DNA of 64,000 nucleotides from Escherichia coli (GCF_044324785.1 NZ_CP172127.1), one strand, 5' to 3'; numbered from the stretch's first letter, positions 1-10,977 are shown. The notes: generated by a model not told the origin, from the sequence alone. Numbers and translations: made by a program.

Positions 1-199
1 GTGTAAATGGGAGTTTAAAATAGCGAGATGGCTCTTTCACATAAGCAGAGATATTTTCTTTCGGGATAGCGGGTAATACTCCGACTGAGGAAGGCTTATG
101 AATTACTGTATCTGTAGCCGATGCTGTATTTGCCTGGTAAAAACATAGTAACCCCAAGCCAATTATTGCAGCACTTAATCTCAAAAATTTTCTTTCCAT
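1..199 (-). CDS. Partial CDS (N-terminus only; runs off window start): secreted protein with signal peptide, immediately downstream of the BcsA-like gene
   Basis: Reverse strand translates from ATG at 199 as MERKFLRLSAAIIGLGLLCFYQANTASATDTV..., a hydrophobic core followed by an ASA-type cleavage motif; an in-frame ATG also lies at 220. Frame stays open to position 1. Not in the ORF track because it is truncated by the window edge. Confidence 0.4.
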   Translation of the reverse strand, partial: MERKFLRLSAAIIGLGLLCFYQANTASATDTVIHKPSSVGVLPAIPKENISAYVKEPSRYFKLPFT

Positions 200-258
200 T
201 TTAAAAAATTCAACAACCATAATAAATACAAATAATATATTTAATTAGCAATCAGAAA

Positions 259-2379
259 TTAGAACTGACTTTTAGAACTGCCTTTCAGTGTCCGGAGAAT
301 ATAAAAAACCATATTGCAATAACCTTTCAGAGAGATAAAACATATTTCAATAAAACTCTTTAAAATATTGTCTCGTTTAATTTTATCATTCCACTCTTGC
401 CATAGTGAATCACGAGAAAACGTTGCTCTGACATAATTAACATTTTGTTCATGACTCATTGGCATAATCTTCAGACCAATTTTATTATTGTAGGCATGAA
501 CTATTTCTACCGGTATATCACACTTTCCGTTACTATCATCCAGATAAAGAGACAACCGCTGTGTTTTAACAATATTTTTTACGTCGGAGATATTATCAAG
601 GATAACGCCTAATCCTCCTTCGGAAAAATCAAGAACAGAACAAGGATAGCTCCGTCCATCTTCCAGTTGTATAACGCCCTTGAAAGAAACATCAATACGG
701 GGAGAAAAACGCACCTGCTTTTGTTCAATAGAAACAGCCAAAGTTGCGCCAATAATAATTGTATTATAAAACAGCCAAATCAAACAAAAAAAATTCAGGA
801 TGGCGATATGCCCTTGCAAACTATAAACATTAACAATACCTATTATCAGTCCAATTACATTTAAAATGGCAAAAATAAGATAGGGGTAGGAAATTCGCCA
901 GTCAACAAACTTATTTTTTATCAGCCCTCCTTTGGCCGTAACGTTGAAACGCCCTTTTGCTGGTGCAAGTAAAGCTACAAGAGTTGGTAGCGTAATATAC
1001 CAAGCCAGAACCATTTCATAAATCTCATTCCAGAATGAATGTCTGTATTTACCCTGTACTCTTGAATTAGTTAAAATAATAACAAATAAATAAGGTAAAA
1101 CATAAGACATAATATCTGCAACCGATGCTTCGATCAGGTTGACCGAAAAGAAAATAGGACATAACGGTGCGAACAAGAAAATCAGTCGTGGCACACCTGA
1201 TAAAAAATGCATCATGCTGCTGAGATAGCAAAGGCGCTGTGATAATGTCAGCCCCTTGCCCAATAATGGATTGTCAATACGCAAGATTTGAATCATGCCT
1301 CGAGCCCATCGAATCCGTTGTCCAATATGAGCAGACAATGTTTCTGTGGCTAGCCCGGCAGCCAGAGGATAGCGAAGATATGCAGAGCTATAACCTGCAC
1401 GATGCAAGCGTAACGACGTATGCGCATCTTCAGTTACTGTTTCGACTGCAATGCCTCCAACCTCATCCAGAGCAGATCTACGGATGATTGCACATGAACC
1501 ACAAAAAAATGAAGCATTCCATGTATCCGTACCATTCTGGATTAACCCATAAAAAAGGTGTCCTTCATTTGGCTTTTGCCGAAACTGCCCCAAATTTCGC
1601 TCAAAAGGATCGGGGGAAAAAAAATGATGTGGTGTTTGCAACATCGATAATTTTTTATCTGCAATAAACCAGCCCATCGTTTTCTTTAAAAAAGATACCG
1701 AGGGTATATGATCGCAATCGAAAATAGCAACAAATTCGCCATTAGCTATTTTAAGCGCATTATTTATATTTCCGGCCTTAGCATGTTCATGTGTTTCTCT
1801 TGCGACATAGTAAATTCCTGACTCGTTCGCAAATTTCCTGAACTCATCCCTGGCGCCATCATCAAGGATCCAGATATGTAATTTATCCTTTGGCCAGTCT
1901 AAAGCCAACGCACCATAAACTGTATTCTTCACGACTGTAAAAGGTTCGTTATATGTGGGTATTAATATATCTACGATGGGCCATTCTTCTTTATTCTCTG
2001 GTAAAGGTATACTTTCTCTGTTCAGCGGGAAGCAAACCTGAAAGTAACCAAGTAATAAAACAAACCAAGCATACGTTTCAGCAGTTAATAACGTGACTGA
2101 AAATAAGCAGTCTGGAAATTCATTCAGGATGACTGAAGAAGAGTACCGCCACCATAGATATCGGGATGAGATGAGTATTCCAACACCCATTAATATCAGG
2201 GTAATCATCCTTCCCTTGAACAAATTAAGGAAAATGACAGCGATGCAAATAATAATTGAAAATAATATTTGTTGATAAAATCCAAGTGGCTGCTCAACAA
2301 TTGATAAAAAGACAAAACATAGCAATATAGCAACAACCAAAAGGATTTTGTTTAATATTTCTTTATTTTTTAAGATCAT
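259..2379 (-). CDS. Processive family-2 glycosyltransferase, cellulose-synthase (BcsA)-like, with C-terminal PilZ c-di-GMP-binding domain
   Basis: 706 aa with multiple TM segments. Catalytic motifs visible in the translation: IPTYNE, DDG, FDCDH, QTPHHF, FFCGSCAIIRRSAL, TED, QRIRWARG (QxxRW). C-terminal PilZ signature RFSPR...DFSEGG. Gene is visibly AT-rich. Confidence 0.8.
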   Translation of the reverse strand: MILKNKEILNKILLVVAILLCFVFLSIVEQPLGFYQQILFSIIICIAVIFLNLFKGRMITLILMGVGILISSRYLWWRYSSSVILNEFPDCLFSVTLLTAETYAWFVLLLGYFQVCFPLNRESIPLPENKEEWPIVDILIPTYNEPFTVVKNTVYGALALDWPKDKLHIWILDDGARDEFRKFANESGIYYVARETHEHAKAGNINNALKIANGEFVAIFDCDHIPSVSFLKKTMGWFIADKKLSMLQTPHHFFSPDPFERNLGQFRQKPNEGHLFYGLIQNGTDTWNASFFCGSCAIIRRSALDEVGGIAVETVTEDAHTSLRLHRAGYSSAYLRYPLAAGLATETLSAHIGQRIRWARGMIQILRIDNPLLGKGLTLSQRLCYLSSMMHFLSGVPRLIFLFAPLCPIFFSVNLIEASVADIMSYVLPYLFVIILTNSRVQGKYRHSFWNEIYEMVLAWYITLPTLVALLAPAKGRFNVTAKGGLIKNKFVDWRISYPYLIFAILNVIGLIIGIVNVYSLQGHIAILNFFCLIWLFYNTIIIGATLAVSIEQKQVRFSPRIDVSFKGVIQLEDGRSYPCSVLDFSEGGLGVILDNISDVKNIVKTQRLSLYLDDSNGKCDIPVEIVHAYNNKIGLKIMPMSHEQNVNYVRATFSRDSLWQEWNDKIKRDNILKSFIEICFISLKGYCNMVFYILRTLKGSSKSQF

Positions 2380-2463
2380 TATACTTAGCGATTCATTAAC
2401 AATACAGCTTGAATAGTGTGATTTTTATAAACATTGATGACCAATGCCATGCAAATTTAAATA

Positions 2464-3795
2464 TCAACACCACGTTATCTGTGCTCTGCCATTTTGCTTA
2501 CTTTTGTATAACCGTTCATCTGCCAGCAATTTCAACCGTTCAATGTTATTCATGCACTCATCTGTACTGGCAACTCCTATGCTGCAACTACAATTTAACC
2601 CACCGATTGCGAAATGAACAACTCTGTGCAAAATTCTTGATAGTTTATTTTTATCTTTCTCATAATAAATAATAGCAAACTCATCACCGCCAAACCGGTA
2701 TATTTCCCCTTCACGACGGGGTAACTCATCTTTAATAAGGTTAACAAGTTTGATGAGTACTTCATCACCAAACAGATGGCCAAACTTATCATTAATGGTT
2801 TTAAATTTATCCACATCAAATAGACACAGGTAGCCAAAATTCTTGCTCAGCATCTTGATTTCCTTATCAAAACTCCGACGACCAGAAGCCCGAGTTAATG
2901 CATCACAAGTGCCAAAGTCATATATCTCTCGAATTGCATTAATCTCTTCCGTATTAAAGAATAGATTTTCTCCACATAAATCATATTGATGATTCGATAA
3001 TATAGATTCTTTTTCCAATCTACCCTTATTTATAATATTTCGTAGTAATTTAATATAATAAACATACAGTATAACTGCAGATATTGCCGATGCAAAAACG
3101 AATAGCATACATATATAGAGATATTTACTTTTTTTATAGGCAACAATAAACATCATTTCTGGAAGGTAAGAATACGACAGAGTGATAGCTGACATCTCAA
3201 ATACAGCATCATTTATCAAAAAATCATCACCTGTGATTTTCTTTTCATTATCATTAATATCATAAAATGAGATATAGATATCTTCTCGTTCCCCTGACTG
3301 ATTTCTAATCAAAGATAAATAACGTTCAGGATCTACCACTGATATCAAAATTGTTCGTTTGGCAATGGGATGAGCATAATAAACATAGTACTTATCTTTT
3401 AAACCAATAACACCTCTCTCAAATTCGTTCATTACTCGAATAGAGGAAACTATGTCGCCACAAAAATCATCCCCTTTCGTTGTAACTTTGATACATTTAC
3501 CATCGCTAATAATATAAGGACCGAGATCATACAAATATCCAGGATTTTCATAGCCAGCAAAGCTATTGCGTATTTTTTTTACCAATTCTTCTGGGGCAAT
3601 ATCTAGTTCATAAAATATATCATTAGATACTGAGCGGCGATACTCAGAAACATTAGCTATTGCAAGCCCACTATCTACAATAGATACCTTCACCGAATTA
3701 ATGCGGCCCTTAACATAAATGGTGTATAAATAACAAGTTACTACAGCGACGAACAAAAAACAGATTACTGCCGCCTTTTTCTTATATTTGAACAT
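2464..3795 (-). CDS. Membrane-anchored diguanylate cyclase (GGDEF domain) with predicted periplasmic sensor region
   Basis: 443 aa; N-terminal TM, ~190-aa loop, second TM, then a GGDEF domain with an intact RFGGDEF motif. No obvious RxxD I-site immediately upstream of the motif. AT-rich; 4-bp gap to the upstream EAL gene. Confidence 0.8.
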   Translation of the reverse strand: MFKYKKKAAVICFLFVAVVTCYLYTIYVKGRINSVKVSIVDSGLAIANVSEYRRSVSNDIFYELDIAPEELVKKIRNSFAGYENPGYLYDLGPYIISDGKCIKVTTKGDDFCGDIVSSIRVMNEFERGVIGLKDKYYVYYAHPIAKRTILISVVDPERYLSLIRNQSGEREDIYISFYDINDNEKKITGDDFLINDAVFEMSAITLSYSYLPEMMFIVAYKKSKYLYICMLFVFASAISAVILYVYYIKLLRNIINKGRLEKESILSNHQYDLCGENLFFNTEEINAIREIYDFGTCDALTRASGRRSFDKEIKMLSKNFGYLCLFDVDKFKTINDKFGHLFGDEVLIKLVNLIKDELPRREGEIYRFGGDEFAIIYYEKDKNKLSRILHRVVHFAIGGLNCSCSIGVASTDECMNNIERLKLLADERLYKSKQNGRAQITWC

Positions 3796-3799
3796 TGCT

Positions 3800-6148
3800 T
3801 TATTTTCTTTTTTTCGGTTTGCTGTCTATATGCCATTCTGAAAACGGTAGCGGTTTCTGGTATAAGTATCCCTGAACATGAGAGAATCCTAATTTTTGCA
3901 ATTCTCTGGCCTGACTTTCAGTTTCAACACCTTCAGCTATTACCGGCATATTTTCTTCACGAGCAAGGCTGGATATAAAGTACACAATTTTGTTAGTTTC
4001 GTTGAAAATACCAGAGGTAAACTCTGAATCAATTTTAATACTATCAGGTCTTACTTTATAAAGTTTTTTCAGGTCAGCTAATCCACTACCGAAATCATCA
4101 AGAGAAATCTTGATACCGTTTTCTTTTAAAATGTTTATATTATTGTAAAAGCTATCATTTATATCTTTTACTGCTGACTCGGTGATCTCCAGACAGATTT
4201 GTTCAGCATTTACATCAAATGCATTAATTAAAGTAAGAACACGAGTGTGGAAGTCAATTTCATTTAATTGCCATGGAGAAACATTGATATGCAGGAGAAA
4301 ATCGTTAGCAACCTCATATTCACGGCTAAAGGCACCAAATTCGCTAATAGCCGTTTCGAGAATAAAATCACCCAGTTCTTTAATTAATCCTATTTCTTCA
4401 GCAACAGGTACAAAAATTGATGGCGGTATTGCCCCATTTTCGACGGATAACCAGCGGCATAACGCCTCAGCACCGACAACCCTATTATTATCCATATCAA
4501 CAATCGGTTGATATACTAAATAAAGTTCACTACTCAAAATCGCTTTTTTTATATTTCCTGCCACCCAGACCTTTTGATCAAGTTCATGAACTTTGATATC
4601 ATCATAAAACATAAATTCAGATTCTTTATTTTCCCGCATAGCTGTTAATGCCAGTTTCAACTTCCCTTCATAAATCGAAACATTTTCCCCTGAAAAAGTT
4701 TCACAAATGGCAATCTTATGAATATAAATATTTCTTATGCAAAATATATGTTCAGGGAAGTTTAAAACAGATAATCTTTCGATGAACTCTTCGCAGTGCG
4801 TGTGGCACAGCAACAAGTATGTTTCAGTTGAGAATTTTACGATATCACAATATTTTGAATATTTTTGTGAAATCTTCGATTTTATATCATTAACAATTTC
4901 ATAAAATTTCTGACTTCCATATATCGCCTCAACAAACTCTAATCCATAGATGCAAAGCATACCAACTGCCAAATAGGTTTTATTATTAGTTTCAATAACA
5001 GCCTTATTAATATAGAAACAACTTCCTTGTTCATAGGACACAAGATTAAGTAAACGGTCCATACGCTCCTTGTATTTATCACTGATATTATTAATGATTT
5101 TTTTGAGTTCAACAATTTCGCTACTATCATTTTGCACAATATCAATTGTGTCATTGCGATATACTGAGTTAGCTAATTTTTTCAGATGTTCTATTAGTTT
5201 ACTGGATTCTCGTTTAATTTTTTTTGTTATATTTTCAACGATATACCATAATAAACAGAAACAAACCAAGCCACATAAAAACATCAATGTAAAATATTTA
5301 TTGATGTTTGCATCTTCTGCTTTTTGATAGTAAAAGTAATGGAATCTGACATCAGGAAGCCTGGGGAGTGAGATAATATTGTCTGTATAGTTTCCACTAT
5401 TATTACTTATGTTATAACTTCCCGATGACTCACGGACAATAAGATGTAACATTGATTTTTCATTACCTACCATTATCCTTTTATTTTGTTCCATGAATAG
5501 AATATCAGCATCACTACCTAGTTTATTTAAAAAATTACTGAAATATTTTTCATCAAGATCCAGATGCATTAACTTCAGAGCAAATGAATCTTTTTCTTCT
5601 TCGGATGGCCGTAGTGAAAACGAAAAACATTTTTTTCCGGCAATACCATAACAATTATACCATGGTGACCATTTTGAATAAGTCCCTGCCGGTAATTTAT
5701 TCCAGGGGCGTGATTCCGGGTTAAAGTAGTTATCGCTAATATTACCATCGTCCCCAATAAAAGGTTTGCCGGCTTCTGATTTCCCCAGGAATTTTACCTC
5801 ACCATCCTCAGTTCGAATAAAGCTAAGATAGTTTCCATTATTGAGCATTATCCCTACTAAATTAACAGCGTCTATTTTTTTCATGCGATGAAGGACTGCT
5901 CGCTTTATTTCACCTTCATCATTTAACAGATAAATTGCATCTTTTAATGCATCAGCCTCTTTTTCAACTTTAGAAAAAAAATTATTCAAATTGTTATTGA
6001 TGAGTATAAGGTTAATCCGTGAAGAGTTTTCTGCTATTTTTTTATGGAAGTCAATTGCGGTAATAAATGAAAAGACAATATAGACAGTAACAGCTAATAT
6101 AACCGCAGTGTTAAATCTTGAGTTTAATTTTTCGGTAATGCTATACAT
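3800..6148 (-). CDS. Membrane sensor c-di-GMP phosphodiesterase (EAL domain) with large periplasmic region
   Basis: 782 aa; two TM segments flanking a ~260-aa loop. C-terminal EAL domain with conserved YQPIVD, GAEALCRW, EITES, LDDFGSG, IKIDSEF, AEGVETE and QGYLYQKP motifs. First gene of an apparent three- or four-gene minus-strand operon. Confidence 0.8.
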   Translation of the reverse strand: MYSITEKLNSRFNTAVILAVTVYIVFSFITAIDFHKKIAENSSRINLILINNNLNNFFSKVEKEADALKDAIYLLNDEGEIKRAVLHRMKKIDAVNLVGIMLNNGNYLSFIRTEDGEVKFLGKSEAGKPFIGDDGNISDNYFNPESRPWNKLPAGTYSKWSPWYNCYGIAGKKCFSFSLRPSEEEKDSFALKLMHLDLDEKYFSNFLNKLGSDADILFMEQNKRIMVGNEKSMLHLIVRESSGSYNISNNSGNYTDNIISLPRLPDVRFHYFYYQKAEDANINKYFTLMFLCGLVCFCLLWYIVENITKKIKRESSKLIEHLKKLANSVYRNDTIDIVQNDSSEIVELKKIINNISDKYKERMDRLLNLVSYEQGSCFYINKAVIETNNKTYLAVGMLCIYGLEFVEAIYGSQKFYEIVNDIKSKISQKYSKYCDIVKFSTETYLLLCHTHCEEFIERLSVLNFPEHIFCIRNIYIHKIAICETFSGENVSIYEGKLKLALTAMRENKESEFMFYDDIKVHELDQKVWVAGNIKKAILSSELYLVYQPIVDMDNNRVVGAEALCRWLSVENGAIPPSIFVPVAEEIGLIKELGDFILETAISEFGAFSREYEVANDFLLHINVSPWQLNEIDFHTRVLTLINAFDVNAEQICLEITESAVKDINDSFYNNINILKENGIKISLDDFGSGLADLKKLYKVRPDSIKIDSEFTSGIFNETNKIVYFISSLAREENMPVIAEGVETESQARELQKLGFSHVQGYLYQKPLPFSEWHIDSKPKKRK

Positions 6149-7247
6149 ACTGGTGTTCTGACTAAAATGTTATCAATAGCTTTAATATAAGATCGTATAA
6201 AGTTCTGTATATTAGCCGATGTTACCCTCCTCTTTATGACTTTCTTAATTTCATTATCCCCATATAACAAATATGTCATGATGAGAAGATTAATTTTTTC
6301 TTAATTTCCACAAGTGATTATCATGCTTCTTATTTTAACCAGAACAATATTGTTATATGTAACACTCATCTTTGTATCTTTCACCCACGCTACCGCCTTT
6401 CGTTAATCATTCAACGAAATAATTTAGATATGAAAAAATTACCCTGTAACAACACAACTAGCACATCCTGCCGAGTTGTGACATCTACTCTATAATTATC
6501 CAAAAGAGGTATTAGTATCTATTGTCAGTAATCCATTCTGTTTATTTATCTTATTTAAGACATGTGTAATACGACTCTCTTAGCCCAAATATATTAATCA
6601 GTAACTTTAAAGTAAGATTTAGTCAGAAAGTGATCGTGAAAATTTCACTGCCCAGGCTGTAATTTGTCCATCAACCTAACAGATAAATATTTTCAGGAAC
6701 ACACGTTCGATAAAACAATAGATGCAACATTAGAGCACTATTTTATTTTTAAAACAAAAGACTGTGAACTACACCAGGCATGAGAAGATTCTGTCGTGAG
6801 ATGATTTTTTCCAGATTAAAACACTATAAAATATAACTTTTACAGAATATTACGCCAGTAAATCAATATGCCATCTGCATATTCAAACAATAACTGCAAT
6901 CATTCTCAGCAAATTTAACCATAATTAGCAACGTGCAAATTCATTGATGCAGATCAAAAATCCGAGTTTACATTACCAATCTTTGTTGAAAATTTAGCCG
7001 TAAAAATCATGTTATTACTATACGCAAGAGTTTACTCCAGAGCCCAAAATAATAACTTGCAAAATAACCAATAATTAAAACTATCACCATATCTAAAAAT
7101 AAAGGTCTCCGATAACTAAAATTCGTATTATCACGGTAGCGTTGATATTCTTCCATCTCTTAAGAAAAACTTAACTTTTACCCTATCAGGCCTGATCTAA
7201 TTTTAAACTATTTGATATCATAGCCCCGGCGAACCGGGGCATGATGA

Positions 7248-8678
7248 CTATTTTGTATTCGCTTTACGTGCAAGCAGCGGGAATATCAGCCCCAGTCCAA
7301 CGAGGACAAATGGCGTAGTTATGTTCAGTGCCAATTGGAATGTCCACTCTGCAGTGAAGGCTTCCATTTTAGGGAAAATTCCTGTCAGGCAGGCAAAAGC
7401 GGTAAAGGCAAAACACCAAATTCCGACGGTCATTGCCAGCGGCTTATTACGAATAAAGACATATTCCGGCTTATATTTCTGCGCCAGGCGAACAACTGCA
7501 ATAAATGCAACAAATACCCATAAATAACGCAGCGGCATCACTACCGAGTTAAGATTCAACAGCCATTTATAGAGATTGTTCATATCACCAATGCCGAGAG
7601 TCGGCAGCATTATCAGGATCGCCACCAGCACCAGGGTCAGAAAATAGCCATTAACGGGCGTACCAGAAGCGTTGGTACGACATAAACTGGCTGGAATATA
7701 TTTGCTGTCAGCATCGCCTAATAACACTTTAAGCGGCGCATCAATCGAGAATACCAGCGCAGCTACTTGTCCCAGGGTATTCGCAATGGCATAAATCACC
7801 ATTAAAGTATTACCCATGTTGTAATACTCGCCCAGCTTCTGAAAGGCGTAATACTGACCGTTAGTCATTAAGTCATCCGGGATATTACGCGAGTCAAACA
7901 TCATCCCCATCGCCAGTGAGCCCAGAATGGCACAAACCGCAACCATCACCGCCAGACATAACATCCCTTTTGGAAATTCTTTTCCTGGGTTGCGCGTTTG
8001 ATTAACGTAAGGAGAAATCTTCTCTGCTCCGCCAACCGCGAAAACCAGCATTGAAATAGTGGTAATGTAGGTAAAGTCGATATGAGGAATGAACGTTTCC
8101 CAGGTAATGTTTGTGGTCGCAATATGCACTTCAGTAATCGCAGGCGCGGTTACCGCCATCGCCACATACAGGAGCGACATAACAAACATCGCAATCCCTG
8201 CCACAGAACCGACGATTTTCAGCGATTTCATACCGCGTGAAGCAACCCACATAAAGAAGATAAACAGCACCAGCGTTAACCCCTGTAACGCTACGACTGA
8301 ATATTCTTTGATTAGCGAACCGTCGCCTTTCATCGCCCAACCGAGCGCAATCAGTATTGCCTGGGGTTTTTGTGCCAGATAGGGAATATGCACTACCCAG
8401 TAGGTCCACGCGGCGAGGTAAGCCAGTCCGGGTCCCATCGTGTGTTTAATCCAGGTACTGACCCCGCCCTTCCCATCTTTGAAGGTCGAGCCTAACTGAC
8501 CAACAATTAGCGCATAAGGTGTGAAATAGAGCGCAAAGATAAACACCCACGAAAAAACAACCACCAGCCCCTGGTTGGCGTAGTTATTAACAACGTTGCC
8601 AAAACCCCAGACAGTGATAAAAGACATCAGCGCAATGTTGTACCATCGCAGCTGTTTTTCCTGAACATTCCCAGCCAT
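7248..8678 (-). CDS. ycaM: Putative amino-acid/polyamine transporter YcaM
   Basis: The ORF-track frame extends to 8870, but the internal Met at 8678 (MAGNVQEKQLRWYNIALMSF...) gives 476 aa, matching the YcaM length as I recall it. Multi-TM permease. Confidence 0.8.
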   Translation of the reverse strand: MAGNVQEKQLRWYNIALMSFITVWGFGNVVNNYANQGLVVVFSWVFIFALYFTPYALIVGQLGSTFKDGKGGVSTWIKHTMGPGLAYLAAWTYWVVHIPYLAQKPQAILIALGWAMKGDGSLIKEYSVVALQGLTLVLFIFFMWVASRGMKSLKIVGSVAGIAMFVMSLLYVAMAVTAPAITEVHIATTNITWETFIPHIDFTYITTISMLVFAVGGAEKISPYVNQTRNPGKEFPKGMLCLAVMVAVCAILGSLAMGMMFDSRNIPDDLMTNGQYYAFQKLGEYYNMGNTLMVIYAIANTLGQVAALVFSIDAPLKVLLGDADSKYIPASLCRTNASGTPVNGYFLTLVLVAILIMLPTLGIGDMNNLYKWLLNLNSVVMPLRYLWVFVAFIAVVRLAQKYKPEYVFIRNKPLAMTVGIWCFAFTAFACLTGIFPKMEAFTAEWTFQLALNITTPFVLVGLGLIFPLLARKANTK

Positions 8679-8887
8679 AGACAAATCCTTCGCCAAAATT
8701 AAAGGGGCATCTGTAAAACGAGGGATTATGCGCGGCAAATAAGAAGTGCGGAAATAGCGAAATGCAAAATTATAACCTGCTGCACATTTTATTTTGAAAC
8801 GAATAAAATTTGGAAAAAAGCAAGTCAGAGAGAAGAAACAGAAAAGCAGAGTGTGAAACAGTAAGTTCACACTCTGCGTTAATTCAT

Positions 8888-10036
8888 TTACACGTGAGCA
8901 ACGGGTTTCGGCGTATGACCGGCGTTGCGAAGCAGCATCAGCAAATAGATAAACGATACGCTGGCGATCATGATAAACAATAAATTATCGGAGAAATTCT
9001 GCATTAGCATGGCAGTAAATGACGGGCCAAGCAGACTTCCCACAGTATAGCTCAACAGTAAGGCCTGGTTCATCGCCACCAGTTGATGATGTTCAACTTT
9101 CTCGCAAGCCCATGCCATCGCCACCGGATATAGCGTAAAGCCAGCGGCACCGAGGATGAATAACGCTGGGGCCATCGCCGCCTGGCTAAGCATCGCGATA
9201 CTGCCGAGAATGACGACAAAGACCTGAACACGCAACACCAGCAGTCGACCAAACTTATCCGCCAGACGTCCGATCGGCCATTGTCCGAGGATACCCGCAC
9301 TGACCAGTACCGCCATCCAGAAACCAATGCTGGCATTGCTCACCCCTTTGTGATTGAGGTACAGCGGCATCAGGCCATATAGAGATCCCAGCACGATTCC
9401 TGAGATAATGCAGCCATTCACGCCAAGCCGCGCCTGACGGAGTTTTAGCATTGACGTAATTGACGTCGAATCATGGTTTTCAGCCTGCTGATTCAGCACA
9501 CGCGTAAACAACAGCGGTAAGATCCCTGCCAACGTCAAACCTGTAACCCACGGCAATACGCTCATCAGCTCGGTTGAGACTTTGCTGACCAGTAACTGGC
9601 CTAAAAACGTTCCCACGTAATAAACCATCATGTATGCGGCAAGCAAACGCCCACGGTTACGTGACGTCCCACTGCACATCAGCGCGCTCTCAACGACTAC
9701 CCAAATCATGGCACAGCCGACGCCCGCGACAAAACGCCACGCCAACCAGCTCCAGAAACCAATCATCAGGCCAAGGCCGACACAGCCAGCGGCAAAAATG
9801 AAGGAGGCCAGATAATAGCTGCGGTTAAAGCCAATGCGCTTAATGACATACCCTGTCAGCAATGTACCGACCAGGTTGCCGGTAAAATAGGATGAGCTGA
9901 CAACGCCTACCTGCCATGTGGACATGTGTTCCTGGGCGAGCCAAAGCGGCACGAGTGTATTTAACACTGCGATCGCCAGAGTCAACAAAAGCAGGCCAGA
10001 CAGCAAAAGCATGACAGGCCGGGTATACGTGGACAT
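8888..10036 (-). CDS. ycaD: MFS transporter YcaD
   Basis: 382-aa 12-TM protein; sequence and position between ycaM and ycaC match K-12 synteny. Confidence 0.85.
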   Translation of the reverse strand: MSTYTRPVMLLLSGLLLLTLAIAVLNTLVPLWLAQEHMSTWQVGVVSSSYFTGNLVGTLLTGYVIKRIGFNRSYYLASFIFAAGCVGLGLMIGFWSWLAWRFVAGVGCAMIWVVVESALMCSGTSRNRGRLLAAYMMVYYVGTFLGQLLVSKVSTELMSVLPWVTGLTLAGILPLLFTRVLNQQAENHDSTSITSMLKLRQARLGVNGCIISGIVLGSLYGLMPLYLNHKGVSNASIGFWMAVLVSAGILGQWPIGRLADKFGRLLVLRVQVFVVILGSIAMLSQAAMAPALFILGAAGFTLYPVAMAWACEKVEHHQLVAMNQALLLSYTVGSLLGPSFTAMLMQNFSDNLLFIMIASVSFIYLLMLLRNAGHTPKPVAHV

Positions 10037-10350
10037 GAATTAAAACCGTGAGGAAGTTCAAATTTCATGCGCATCATGCCACCGCCAAAAACATTGTCAA
10101 TGGGTGAAAATACGCGCATATCGCAGCGGAGGTATTATCGATTTATATTACTCATTCATAACGCTAATGCTGGAGAGACGATTAATCTCATCTGATTGTT
10201 TTTATTGATCTAACACAAATTTCATACGCTTCGTTCAGTCGAAAAATTTCATGGTCACAGCAAACTCATATTTCCCGTCTATGCTTTCAGAGCAATGCAT
10301 CGCGTCTGACCGATTTCAGACGTACCACTGACTCTCGAAAGGAGAAGAGG

Positions 10351-10977
10351 ATGACCAAACCGTATGTTCGTCTTGATAAAAATGATGCTGCCGTTTTGCT
10401 TGTTGATCACCAGGCTGGTTTACTTTCCCTTGTACGGGATATCGAACCCGATAAGTTTAAAAATAACGTGCTGGCGCTGGGTGACCTGGCTAAGTATTTC
10501 AACTTACCAACTATTCTTACCACCAGTTTTGAAACCGGTCCTAACGGCCCATTAGTTCCAGAACTGAAAGCACAATTCCCCGATGCACCTTACATTGCTC
10601 GCCCGGGCAATATTAACGCCTGGGATAACGAAGATTTTGTAAAAGCAGTCAAAGCGACAGGTAAAAAACAGTTAATTATTGCCGGTGTGGTAACCGAAGT
10701 TTGCGTGGCATTCCCGGCGCTTTCAGCCATTGAAGAAGGGTTTGACGTCTTTGTCGTGACTGACGCGTCAGGGACCTTTAATGAAATTACCCGGCATTCG
10801 GCATGGGATCGCATGTCGCAAGCTGGTGCGCAATTGATGACATGGTTCGGCGTGGCGTGCGAGCTGCATCGCGACTGGCGTAATGATATTGAAGGACTGG
10901 CGACGTTGTTCTCTAACCATATTCCTGATTATCGTAATTTGATGACCAGTTATGACACGTTAACGAAGCAGAAATAA
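10351..10977 (+). CDS. ycaC: Isochorismatase-family hydrolase YcaC
   Basis: 208 aa; RBS-like GGAGAAGAGG upstream; conserved position next to dmsC. Confidence 0.85.
   Translation: MTKPYVRLDKNDAAVLLVDHQAGLLSLVRDIEPDKFKNNVLALGDLAKYFNLPTILTTSFETGPNGPLVPELKAQFPDAPYIARPGNINAWDNEDFVKAVKATGKKQLIIAGVVTEVCVAFPALSAIEEGFDVFVVTDASGTFNEITRHSAWDRMSQAGAQLMTWFGVACELHRDWRNDIEGLATLFSNHIPDYRNLMTSYDTLTKQK

Noticed and set aside
7226-7241. Hairpin ccccgg-cgaa-ccgggg just downstream of the ycaM stop
   Set aside because: Only a short 6-bp stem with no clear U-run on the ycaM strand; too weak to call a terminator.
8679-8870. N-terminal extension of ycaM (540-aa ORF)
   Set aside because: The internal Met gives the conserved YcaM N-terminus (MAGNVQEKQ...); the upstream extension is a hydrophobic, low-complexity read-through of the AT-rich leader.
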